Assembly: GCA_902531985.1 (NCBI GenBank)
Contig: CACAGG010000001.1
Coordinates: 2,505-66,504 of the forward strand
Length of the DNA stretch: 64,000 nucleotides
Direction: 5' to 3'
Source: an uncultured marine group III euryarchaeote
Lineage (GTDB): Archaea; Thermoplasmatota; Poseidoniia; MGIII; CG-Epi1
Shown: in pieces, positions 40,401 through 48,407 of the stretch
Layout: each line of letters begins with the position of its first letter
Numbering within the stretch: the stretch's first letter is position 1
The notes under the pieces: generated by a model
Seen by the model: the letters and a program-made list of their open reading frames with translations, nothing else
What the model was told of the DNA's origin: nothing
Databases searched by the model: none
Made by a program: the position numbers and the translations under genes

Positions 40401-40946
40401 ATCTGAGGTAGGTGTAGCTTCAGAATCATAAGGCGGGCCATTTTGTGCGTAAATAGGTTCCCCGTCACCATTAACATCAAGTCCTCTTGGAACGGTCATT
40501 GCAGTTACTCCGAGAACACTGAAAAAGATTAAAATTGCAATAAAAAGAGCTACAAGAGGACCTACATAGGTTAATTTACCGTCACTTTTGAAGAACTTGT
40601 CAAGTGTAGATGTGATTTTTTCCGTAAACTTTCCAAGGTCTCCGATAAAAGACAGATACTTGCGAAAATCAAACCCACTCGAAGAGCCTGCTTCTACGGG
40701 GATTTCAGTTCCTGCCAATGCTTCTTCGATTTCCTTTTCTTCATCAGTCAATTCATTGGTTTCGCTTTGCTCTTCCTCAATTTCTTCAATTTTGTCCTCG
40801 ATAGGCGGAATTTCAGAAGCTGAAGCTTCTGTAGAGGTATCCTGGGCATCTACACCTGAAATTTCTAAGTCTGAACCACAAATGGCACATGCTAATTCAG
40901 CATCATTATCCTCCTCATATTGGCAGACTGGGCAGACCTTCATCAA
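37470..40946 (-). CDS. large polytopic membrane protein: N-terminal zinc ribbon, Asp-rich Ca-binding-like extracytoplasmic loops, C-terminal McrB-type AAA+ (AAA_5) NTPase domain
   Basis: 1158 aa. N-terminal CPVCQ...CAICGS, then an acidic linker and multiple TM blocks. Loops carry DVNGDGEP / DKDGNYTSEGD / DTNGNGKYDDD repeats. The C-terminus has Walker A LFGEPGTGKTA, Walker B + McrB signature LVIDEFNRANIDEAFGKLF, and ...IIGTMNT...ALMRRFAFVEI. Confidence 0.7.
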   Translation of the reverse strand: MMKVCPVCQYEEDNDAELACAICGSDLEISGVDAQDTSTEASASEIPPIEDKIEEIEEEQSETNELTDEEKEIEEALAGTEIPVEAGSSSGFDFRKYLSFIGDLGKFTEKITSTLDKFFKSDGKLTYVGPLVALFIAILIFFSVLGVTAMTVPRGLDVNGDGEPIYAQNGPPYDSEATPTSDPFSGEPFNCEMWDKQRYVEYKEEEQKSVFNEDLQESFTTTNDYYITDTNRSGYIDDEERYGCPVNITFGTGLALFALNGLFLVIAFYLYNSIPNTSLTLPLIIFAFSQILLFVVYGGFLDQLIFAIPLTLGFAATVCLIVATSVLFARISLERPLDEPVTLNFYFFVIVIALLLSSVFLNYAQGPYAVCENPYGSKPIPFEPLNDYGFDGIVGTNDEGENNGLRDVWDEFDDFGLDGVESVDIDKDGNYTSEGDVPPDEDGSENNGRLDWTDLPNENGTSNGLWDEGEGEEWEDGNGDSKYNKPESFTDTNGNGKYDDDYVSELQMFLLDLSNKEEDDRGACQLLDTPHKDINVTFVDFSAGQDSTIMLLAATFLFIGIGNWLVSSTRINDLDEAKYMTMIISGLVLQYLIFAYNMLTNEGSGFGLDQNDLTLTVMALGISSVGLYSFYNKRRGEQGSIGVAYFVIFAVGILSLFATFILPIALGGVEMDEMDGDANFNLLLSALVTAVGFWLVYKFGSQRLREMSLAADRAMPNREDPFAPTVEGGQKAMPEWSVDSAMEFLMQEYGEEFQIELKHTTEHTPDQQLVEKTMMDSVDHSVKIRPAIQVDYEVDFHEIAEAYSTTPETVDEVITHLTSGKNIMLFGEPGTGKTALSNILLTKLCGEIDQPNGSKAPNYTIVTANAEWSNFDVIGGISPDDSGGYYFKDGYVAEAAKLCEKSIVETGKPHYLVIDEFNRANIDEAFGKLFTVFEYRDKQPLLTHKETGGAPFMMPPEFRIIGTMNTQDKNTLFNVGFALMRRFAFVEIGLPIPEDEYNRMPVFVYFKLKKLGLVPERPEGDDLWKFGDKCRHFPSRKFDFYDDDGSMYKCHEKLVKFLEPSEAPNRGDEVAVGVRTFRKIGPALVIDSMVTMFNSIKKYGPELALDRVIRSNIMPSLEGLERNEIRCMFLQAKEVLGPDSLVTETLDRMANSDSLSLF

Positions 40947-41064
40947 TTGTTTACAGAATGATGGGTTAAAATGTTAACTGAAAAAAAAGAAACAGGCAAA
41001 ACAATAACTCTGAGAGGAGAAAAAAATAAACTTTAAATAGAACCTCAAACAAAAACCTATCCCT

Positions 41065-43452
41065 ATGAAAGAAGAACTGCAGCAGATTCAGGCAGTAGCC
41101 ATTGTGACATTTTTGTGCGTTCTAATTTCTATACATAGTACAGGAGAATACGGTGAGTGGTTTGAAATAAGTGGAACCAAACAAGATATAATTAACCCTG
41201 GCAATCCTGAAAACGGTACTGAAATAAAAACTTTTGAGTATAGTTATCACTCTGGCTATTATACACAATACGAAGACGGGCAAACTGATAAACAAAACTA
41301 TGATAGTGCAAATTGCGGTTCTTGTACTGAAAAATCCAGTGTACTTCAAAATGTTACTAGACTAGCATACGGTACGGCGATTTTAGCATTAGGTGTTGCT
41401 TACATGGCAAGAGATTCTATCAATCACTTACATAAAAAAAATCTAAGAAGATCTCTCAGCAATCTAAAATATTCTGCAATACTTGTTTTGATTTTAGGTC
41501 TTACAACAGGATCCATGTTTTACATGGGTTGGACTGAGGCACTCGTTAGAGATGAAGCTACTATTAATGGCGACTTAGGTGAGCAACAAGTTTTAGGATG
41601 TATTGGACAGCCGGGATTTTTGACATTTTACGGAGGCGATGCCTGCTTAGAGTATGTTAACTCTCTTGAGCAGGGTGAAGCTGATCTACTAAGTTCAAGA
41701 GTTAATCCCATTGAGTGGGGACCAGGCATAGGATTTTTCGTTGTAATATTAGGTTCTCTAATTACAGGGGGAGGTACGCTGTATATTTTGGGTAGTATCG
41801 ATGAAGAATGGCAAGCTATTCTAAAAAGACAAGACCTAATTGAAAGGCAACAAAAAATACAGGATGGAGAAATTGAAAAGAATAAAGATTTATTAGATGA
41901 ATTTGATGAAACTGAACAAAAATTAAAGGATGCTGAAAGAAGAATCGAAGAAGTAAGGACTAAAGCTGATGAAATTGACTATCAAGGAATTGACGACTTA
42001 GATCAAGAACTAGACAGACTTACTGCATTAAACCAAAGTGTTGAAACTCTTAACAATTCTTTAGACAGCAAATTAAAGACTGCTCGAATAGCTACATCTG
42101 AAGTTGAGAAAAGGGCTAGAATGGCTGAAAAAGAATTAAATGATGATTTAGCAGCAAAAACAAATTTGGAAAACGAAATTGAGGATTTGAGAGGTAAACA
42201 TGAGAATGATATGCGGCTTAGCGATAGAATGACTCGAGAAATTAGCTCACTAAGAAAGATGACTGAAGATGCTGATGAGAGAGCATTAAAGGCCGAAAAG
42301 AAACTCAAATTGGAAAAACCTGACACAATTAATGCATTAGAGTCATACGATTCTGTAAAAGCTTCTTACGACAAAACTGTTGACGAAAAAAATAATCTTG
42401 AAAAAGAAATAATGGAATATGAGCAACAAACATTAGAGGCAAATGAAAGGGAAAAAGCCGCAGATTCTGAACGCAAGGAAGCTGCACAAAGAAGAAAAGA
42501 CCTAGACAGGGAAGTGAAACTTATGGAGAAAAACAAAAAAAGAATTAACGACAAATTCACAACACTAACTACTGGATTGGAAAAAGCAAAAAAAGATTTA
42601 GCAGGCGCTCGAGAAAAGGCCGCCGTAACTCTGAGTGAACTTGATTTGGAAAGAGAGACTATTGTCGAATTGCAGCAAGAAACTGAAAAATTTAGAACAA
42701 AGGAAAGTGAAATTGTCGAACTTACAGATTCTTTAAAAGAATTACAAGGACAAGTTGGAAACCAGAAAGAAACTAACAGTGGAATTGAAAAAGAATTAAA
42801 GGAAGAGACTAACCGCAAAAAGAAGACTGAAAAAGAATTAAAATCATTAGAGAAAGCATCTGAACAAGTAAGTAAAGTCATGGAAAGTTTGAAGAAACAA
42901 TTTGATGCTGCAAAAGATGAACTGAATATCGCAATGGATGATCGAAATAAAGCTGAAAGATTGCTGGAAACTGAAAAAACTGAACACGAAAAATTGAAAG
43001 AAGATCTAGAGTTTTTACAAGGCGCTACAATAGGAAGTGAGGAAGAAACTGAACGTAAAATAAAAGCCATGGAAATAGAAACTCCTAAAGCCAAAGAAGA
43101 AACTAGAGAGATGAAAGAAGAAGCTGATAGCTTGGCTGAACAAAACCAAGATTTAGAAGCTAAAATCAAAGAAGCTCGATTGGGAACTATTGAAGAGGCT
43201 ACCTCTGAAAATCAAGAAACTGCTGAAGCAAGTTCTGAAGAAAGTATCGCAACAATAGGCTCGAGTATAATAGTCAAAAATTTAGCAAAAGAAACTGAAC
43301 ATAACTTCCAACTGGTAAATCCTGATCAAGCAGATCCTAAAACAGGTAAATTACCTTTAACTAATCCTATAGCAAAGGCACTAGAAGGAACTAAAGAAGG
43401 CGATGAAGTTAGTGTTGGACCAAATACTTTTAAGGTCATAAAATTAAATTAA
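41065..43452 (+). CDS. membrane-anchored long coiled-coil protein with GreA/GreB C-terminal (FKBP-like) domain
   Basis: 795 aa. N-terminal signal/TM plus ~4 TM. About 500 aa of E/K-rich heptad coiled coil. The C-terminal ...NFQLVNPDQADPKTGKLPLTNPIAKALEGTKEGDEVSVGPNTFKVIKL aligns to the E. coli GreA C-terminus (...[51 protein letters not shown]). Confidence 0.65.
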   Translation: MKEELQQIQAVAIVTFLCVLISIHSTGEYGEWFEISGTKQDIINPGNPENGTEIKTFEYSYHSGYYTQYEDGQTDKQNYDSANCGSCTEKSSVLQNVTRLAYGTAILALGVAYMARDSINHLHKKNLRRSLSNLKYSAILVLILGLTTGSMFYMGWTEALVRDEATINGDLGEQQVLGCIGQPGFLTFYGGDACLEYVNSLEQGEADLLSSRVNPIEWGPGIGFFVVILGSLITGGGTLYILGSIDEEWQAILKRQDLIERQQKIQDGEIEKNKDLLDEFDETEQKLKDAERRIEEVRTKADEIDYQGIDDLDQELDRLTALNQSVETLNNSLDSKLKTARIATSEVEKRARMAEKELNDDLAAKTNLENEIEDLRGKHENDMRLSDRMTREISSLRKMTEDADERALKAEKKLKLEKPDTINALESYDSVKASYDKTVDEKNNLEKEIMEYEQQTLEANEREKAADSERKEAAQRRKDLDREVKLMEKNKKRINDKFTTLTTGLEKAKKDLAGAREKAAVTLSELDLERETIVELQQETEKFRTKESEIVELTDSLKELQGQVGNQKETNSGIEKELKEETNRKKKTEKELKSLEKASEQVSKVMESLKKQFDAAKDELNIAMDDRNKAERLLETEKTEHEKLKEDLEFLQGATIGSEEETERKIKAMEIETPKAKEETREMKEEADSLAEQNQDLEAKIKEARLGTIEEATSENQETAEASSEESIATIGSSIIVKNLAKETEHNFQLVNPDQADPKTGKLPLTNPIAKALEGTKEGDEVSVGPNTFKVIKLN

Positions 43453-43515
43453 TTTTTTTCTAACCTAAATTCTACTAAACATTTTGTTAAATATAGCCAC
43501 CTCTCATAGTGTATT

Positions 43516-45219
43516 ATGTCCTTAGGACTTCCTAAAACTAGTAAAGAAATGCAAGATTGGAAATGGGGAGATTATGAACCTTTTTTTGAACATTTACTAA
43601 ATCAAGAAATAAATTCAGGCAATATTGAATCTTGGATGAAATATTGGTCAGACTTTAGTGAAATGATTGGCGAAGTAGGAACAGACGTTTATGTTTCTAC
43701 AACAGTAGATACTACCGATGAAAAGGCTAAAAGACGATTCAATACTTTTTTAGAGGACATTAGCGAAAAAGCTAGTAAAAAGAATCAGGATTTAAAGAAG
43801 AAATTAATTGAATCGGGAATTACACCAGACAACTTTGATATCCCAATGAGAGCTATCAAGAGTGAAGTTGAATTATTTTGTGAAGAAAATTTACCGTTAA
43901 TGACAAAAGACAGTAAATTATCAAAGGAATATGATGCCATAATTGGAGCTCAAACTGTAGAATGGGAAGGCAAAGAAATAACTATTACACAATTATCACC
44001 CGTACTATTAGGAACTAACAGAGAAAAGCGTGAGAAGGCATGGAAATTAGCTGCAAGAAGAAGACTAAAGGACAGAAACAAAATTAACAAAATCTGGCAG
44101 AAAATTCTGGAAATAAGAGTACAAATTGCAAAAAATTCAGGATATGATAATTACAGGTCATGGAGATGGGAATATCTACAAAGATTTGATTATACGCCAG
44201 ATGATTGTCTAGACTTCCACTCAGGGATAGAAAAAGTAGTCAAGCCTTTTGCTGATCGATTGATCAAGTCCCGTAAAGAAGAATTAGGTTTAGACGTGCT
44301 TAAACCATGGGATTTGAGTGTAGACACACACAATAGAGACCCTTTAAAGCCATTTGAAGACGCCTCAGAATTAGAAGAAAAATGCCATAATATTTTCACA
44401 GCTGTTGATAATGATTTGGGAAACCATTTTAACATAATGAGAAAAGAAAAATTATTGGATCTTGCAAACAGAAAAGGAAAAGCTCCTGGAGGGTATTGTA
44501 CTGAATATTACCATCGAAGATTGCCTTTTATATTTATGAATGCTGTAGGAACACACAGCGATGTACAAACCATGCTTCACGAAGGTGGGCATGCTTTTCA
44601 TGTATTTGAATCTGACCAATTACCCTATTCAGCTCAAAGAGAAGTTGGGATGGAATTTGCAGAAGTTGCCTCTATGGCAATGGAATTACTAGCTGCACCT
44701 TACATTACAAAGGAAAATGGTGGCTTTTACAATTCCAATGATGCCAATCGAGCAAGGATTGAGCATCTAGAAAAAGTGATAATGTTTTGGCCATATATGG
44801 CCGTAGTAGATGGATTTCAACACTGGGCATATACAAATCCAAAAGATGCCATGAATCCTGAAAATTGTGATGCTGAATGGACAAGACTATGGAAGAGATT
44901 TCAAACATTTGATGACTTAGATTATAGCGAATTTAAAGATGTTATTGCCACTGGATGGCATAATAAATTGCACATATATCACGTTCCATTTTACTATGTT
45001 GAGTATGGAATGGCCCAGTTAGGTGCCATACAAGTTTGGGGAAATGCATTAAAAAACCAGAAGAAGGCTGTAGAGAAATATAGGCATGCACTGAGCAAAG
45101 GTGGAAATGCTACATTACCTGAACTTTTTCAAACTGCAGGTGCCAAATTTTCTTTTGATGAGAATATGCTAAATTATGCTGTAAATTTAATAGAAGATCA
45201 GATTAAGGAATTATCATGA
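43516..45219 (+). CDS. pepF: oligoendopeptidase F-like M3 family metallopeptidase
   Basis: HEGGHAFH zinc motif with a downstream Glu (EFAEVAS). 567 aa. Confidence 0.8.
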   Translation: MSLGLPKTSKEMQDWKWGDYEPFFEHLLNQEINSGNIESWMKYWSDFSEMIGEVGTDVYVSTTVDTTDEKAKRRFNTFLEDISEKASKKNQDLKKKLIESGITPDNFDIPMRAIKSEVELFCEENLPLMTKDSKLSKEYDAIIGAQTVEWEGKEITITQLSPVLLGTNREKREKAWKLAARRRLKDRNKINKIWQKILEIRVQIAKNSGYDNYRSWRWEYLQRFDYTPDDCLDFHSGIEKVVKPFADRLIKSRKEELGLDVLKPWDLSVDTHNRDPLKPFEDASELEEKCHNIFTAVDNDLGNHFNIMRKEKLLDLANRKGKAPGGYCTEYYHRRLPFIFMNAVGTHSDVQTMLHEGGHAFHVFESDQLPYSAQREVGMEFAEVASMAMELLAAPYITKENGGFYNSNDANRARIEHLEKVIMFWPYMAVVDGFQHWAYTNPKDAMNPENCDAEWTRLWKRFQTFDDLDYSEFKDVIATGWHNKLHIYHVPFYYVEYGMAQLGAIQVWGNALKNQKKAVEKYRHALSKGGNATLPELFQTAGAKFSFDENMLNYAVNLIEDQIKELS

Positions 45220-45800
45220 GCAAACATTCAGTTGAGAAACCCTTAACCTCAAATCATAATTGTTCGACCTGTGACCCTTCAGCAGACGAAGTTATACAAA
45301 TTCAGTCTAAAAGTACTGAATCAGAATGGATTCTAGATGGAAACCCAGTTCAAGATGAATTCGCTCCAAATTCTATCTGTTTTGGTTGTGGCCCTTCAAA
45401 TGACGAAGGTTTGCAACTTAAATCGTATCGCTCAAAAGGTGGCCTAATTGCGGAGTATAAATGTGAAGAAAAACATCAGGCTTTTCCAGGAGTAATAAAT
45501 GGAGGCATCATTGGCTCATTGATAGACTGCCATGGTAATTGGACTGCAGCCATTGCAATTATGGATAAAAACGGTTGGAAAAAACCTCAATGTACGGTAA
45601 CTGCACAATATGAAATTAAATTGAAGCGACCAACTCCTTTGGGAAAGAAACTTAAATTGAATAGCAGAGTTTTAGCTTTGCAAGAAGACAGGGCTGAAGT
45701 CATTATTGAGTTAAAAGCTGAAAGGAAAACATGTGCGACCGGAAGAGGCTTATTTGTCGCAGTCAAGGAAGGACATCCTGCATATCATCGCTGGCAATAA
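45216..45800 (+). CDS. hotdog-fold thioesterase (PaaI/4HBT-like) with N-terminal Cys-pair motif
   Basis: ...GGIIGSLIDCHGNWTAAIA... hotdog core. N-terminal CSTC...CFGCG. Confidence 0.55.
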   Translation: MSKHSVEKPLTSNHNCSTCDPSADEVIQIQSKSTESEWILDGNPVQDEFAPNSICFGCGPSNDEGLQLKSYRSKGGLIAEYKCEEKHQAFPGVINGGIIGSLIDCHGNWTAAIAIMDKNGWKKPQCTVTAQYEIKLKRPTPLGKKLKLNSRVLALQEDRAEVIIELKAERKTCATGRGLFVAVKEGHPAYHRWQ

Positions 45801-46162
45801 TGGAAGAAGATGAAATATGGAAGAAAGCAATAGATGAACACAATGCAGAAGAATATCTAGAAGCTCACGAACTTTTTGAAGATCTTTGGCTAGAAATTGA
45901 TAATCGTGATGAAAAAGATACTGTACAAACCCTAGCTCAAGCAGACGCTCTCGCAGTTCACCTTCAAACTGGGAATACAAAAGCTGCACAAAGATTAATG
46001 AGACAACTGCCAGAACTGTTCCAAACTCTACCTAATAGTTATAGAAATATTAATCTTAGGGAAATGAAAATTTGGATCAGATTAATGATCTCTATGATTC
46101 CTCCATTTGGAGAATTTGTTCTAGAAACTAAAAAAATGCCTCCGAAATTAATTCATTGCTGA
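45800..46162 (+). CDS. DUF309-like protein
   Basis: ...AHELFEDLW... matches the DUF309 HE.FE..W motif. The track ORF at 45731 overlaps the upstream gene. The ATG at 45800 (TAATG overlap) is preferred. Confidence 0.5.
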   Translation: MEEDEIWKKAIDEHNAEEYLEAHELFEDLWLEIDNRDEKDTVQTLAQADALAVHLQTGNTKAAQRLMRQLPELFQTLPNSYRNINLREMKIWIRLMISMIPPFGEFVLETKKMPPKLIHC

Positions 46163-47191
46163 TACTAACACATCATAATATTCTGAATTTTCTAAACAGG
46201 CCTCTTGCAACGGTTCTACCAAATTGAAAAGGGCTGAAGCCGTTCCGTTTTTCAGATCTAAAGGATGTAATGAGCCTGAAAGATAAGATTCTTCAAGTTC
46301 TAAATAGGAATTGAATTCTAAATTTCCTCCAAATTTTTCTGGTCTTTCAATAATAATTTCTCCTATTGCTGGCTCAAGCAAATGCTGCCAAAGATCAAGA
46401 ACTGGATTGCCTTCTCTCTCCAATGGACAATAAGCTTTAGATAATTTCTTCGTCAAAGCTTTCTTAGAATCATGAACAAGTAAAGTTCCATTAGGATCTG
46501 ATTTTGACATTTTAGCATCTGTATCCATCCGCCCTGGGCCTGATAATGAACCTAAGAGAGGTGTGTGTAGTGCAACAGGTTTTGTCAGCTTCAATTTATC
46601 TGCTGCATCTCTTGCAAGCATATGTGCGTGACGCTGATCCATACCTCCCAATGCTAAATCTACATCTAATGCATAAATATCTGTAGCTTGCATCGCAGGA
46701 TAGAAAAATTTAGACATGTCTTTGTCTCCATCACCTTCATCTCTTCCCATTATGGAAAGTGCCCTTCTCATTCTCTTTAAACTACTGACCTTAGAAACAC
46801 GAAGTACCATCTCCCAATAACCTTTCTTTTCAACTAAATCGCTAGCAGTTTGAAAATTAACACCTGGGCAAAAAATTGAAAACATCTGTCTTTGATAATC
46901 AACGCCTGCTTTCAAGTTATCCCAACTCCCACCAAGCTTATCATTAATGTAACCGTGCCAATCTGCCAAAAGTATTGTTACTTTAAAACCAGCTTCAACT
47001 AACTCTCTACATTTTAACATAGGAACTAAAGAGCCTGCATGCAAGAGACCTGAAGGTTCAAAACCAATGTATGCCTTAGGATTTTCCTTTGAGGATAATA
47101 ATCTATCTAATTCGTCCTCCTTAACGCATTCAGCTGCACCTCTTAATACGAGAGACTTACGATTATCCATGTCTGTGATGAAACAGGGCAT
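46148..47191 (-). CDS. tyrS: tyrosine--tRNA ligase (archaeal type)
   Basis: Close match to M. jannaschii TyrRS: AYIGFEPSG.LHAG, ILLADWH, GGMDQRHAHMLAR, KMSKS, KAYCP, RPEKFGGNL.FNSYLELE. Confidence 0.9.
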   Translation of the reverse strand: MPCFITDMDNRKSLVLRGAAECVKEDELDRLLSSKENPKAYIGFEPSGLLHAGSLVPMLKCRELVEAGFKVTILLADWHGYINDKLGGSWDNLKAGVDYQRQMFSIFCPGVNFQTASDLVEKKGYWEMVLRVSKVSSLKRMRRALSIMGRDEGDGDKDMSKFFYPAMQATDIYALDVDLALGGMDQRHAHMLARDAADKLKLTKPVALHTPLLGSLSGPGRMDTDAKMSKSDPNGTLLVHDSKKALTKKLSKAYCPLEREGNPVLDLWQHLLEPAIGEIIIERPEKFGGNLEFNSYLELEESYLSGSLHPLDLKNGTASALFNLVEPLQEACLENSEYYDVLVSAMN

Positions 47192-47268
47192 TAATTAACT
47201 GCTTTGGTTTCTAAATAAGCTACCATAAAATTATTTAAACGACGTTAGATAGGATACTGGAGTTAAAA

Positions 47269-47622
47269 ATGTCAGAATCTAACCCCGATGTGTTGAAAGC
47301 TGTACGACTTCTTGTCGGAGATATCGTTAACAAAGAGAGGTATGTTATGTTGCCTGCAGAGCCTGGTGAAGGTGATCCAGTACTGGGTAAATTCCGTACT
47401 GTCAGTGATGCGAAACGCTTTGCTAACAGAAGCGATATTACGGATTTCTCACTCTGGACCAGACTGAAAGTTGTCGGCGGAGGAGATGGAAGTGGAACTC
47501 TAAGTGAGGATTTCAGTGGTTCCGATGATGATGACTTAGATGATGATTTAGGTGATCTCCTAGATGATGACTCTGATCTTCCAGATTTGGAAGATGATGC
47601 TGATCTTGATGAACTCTTATGA
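47269..47622 (+). CDS. acidic hypothetical protein (Asp/Leu-rich C-terminal tail)
   Basis: 117 aa. C-terminal DDDDLDDDLGDLLDDDSDLPDLEDDADLDELL. Stop overlaps the PAC2 start. Confidence 0.35.
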   Translation: MSESNPDVLKAVRLLVGDIVNKERYVMLPAEPGEGDPVLGKFRTVSDAKRFANRSDITDFSLWTRLKVVGGGDGSGTLSEDFSGSDDDDLDDDLGDLLDDDSDLPDLEDDADLDELL

Positions 47623-48377
47623 GTAATTCAATAGAAATCCACGAAATTGAAAGCCATGACCTAAAAGGAGCTATCTTAATTGATGGTTTTCCAAGTGTAG
47701 GGCTAGTAGGAACTATAGTAGCAAATTTCTTGATAAAAGAATTAAAGTTAAAGCAAATAGGGATAATAGATAGTAGATATTTTCCAGCCATCTCTGTAAT
47801 CAAAGATGGAGTACCCCATAATCCTATGAGGCTTTATGCTGGTGAACAAGTTTGCAATGACGGAACCTGCAATCAAGTTGTTGTTTGTGTAAGTGAATTT
47901 ACACCGCCTGCTGAAATTACCAAAGAATTAGTAAAAACATTAATGGATTGGGCGGAGAAAAAGGGCTGTACTAAAGTTATTTCTGCAGAAGGATTCAATT
48001 CTGGCCCCAAAGAAGAAGGAAAAGAAAATATAATTTATGGAATTACCTCAACAGAAGGCTCACGCATATGGATTGAAGAGGCAAAAGTTGAGCCATTTAC
48101 TTATGGTACTGTTGGAGGAATAACTGGAGCAATTTTGAATGATGGAAGAATAAGAGGAATGAATGTTTTAGGTCTTTTAGCAGAAGTAAGCGAGGATGCT
48201 CCCGATGCAAGGGCTGCTGCTAACGTCATAAAAGCAATAGATGAGCTGTTACTTGCAATTGAATTGGATACTGAACCTTTGCTGAAAGAAGCTGAGAGTC
48301 TCGAAAAAGAAGTTCAAGTAGTTAGAGAGCAAGCACCTCCTGAAGTTTCTTCATCTGTTCCAAGATATATTGGATAA
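47619..48377 (+). CDS. PAC2-family proteasome assembly chaperone-like protein
   Basis: ...ILIDGFPSVGLVGTIVANFLI... matches the PAC2 G-F-P-x-V-G-L-V-G motif. Confidence 0.7.
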   Translation: MSNSIEIHEIESHDLKGAILIDGFPSVGLVGTIVANFLIKELKLKQIGIIDSRYFPAISVIKDGVPHNPMRLYAGEQVCNDGTCNQVVVCVSEFTPPAEITKELVKTLMDWAEKKGCTKVISAEGFNSGPKEEGKENIIYGITSTEGSRIWIEEAKVEPFTYGTVGGITGAILNDGRIRGMNVLGLLAEVSEDAPDARAAANVIKAIDELLLAIELDTEPLLKEAESLEKEVQVVREQAPPEVSSSVPRYIG

Positions 48378-48407
48378 GCTTATACCCCCATTTAGTACAA
48401 TGCTATT

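Noticed and set aside
42366-43169. 267-aa minus-strand Ser/Phe-rich ORF
   Set aside because: It is antisense to the GAA/AAA-rich coiled-coil gene (41065-43452), whose reverse complement is TTC/TTT-rich and naturally gives an open Ser/Phe/Leu frame. It is not a real gene.
45731-45800. Extended 5' part of ORF 45731-46162 overlapping the hotdog gene
   Set aside because: A TAATG stop/start overlap at 45800 gives a clean junction. The upstream 23 codons lie inside the 3' end of the preceding gene in another frame.
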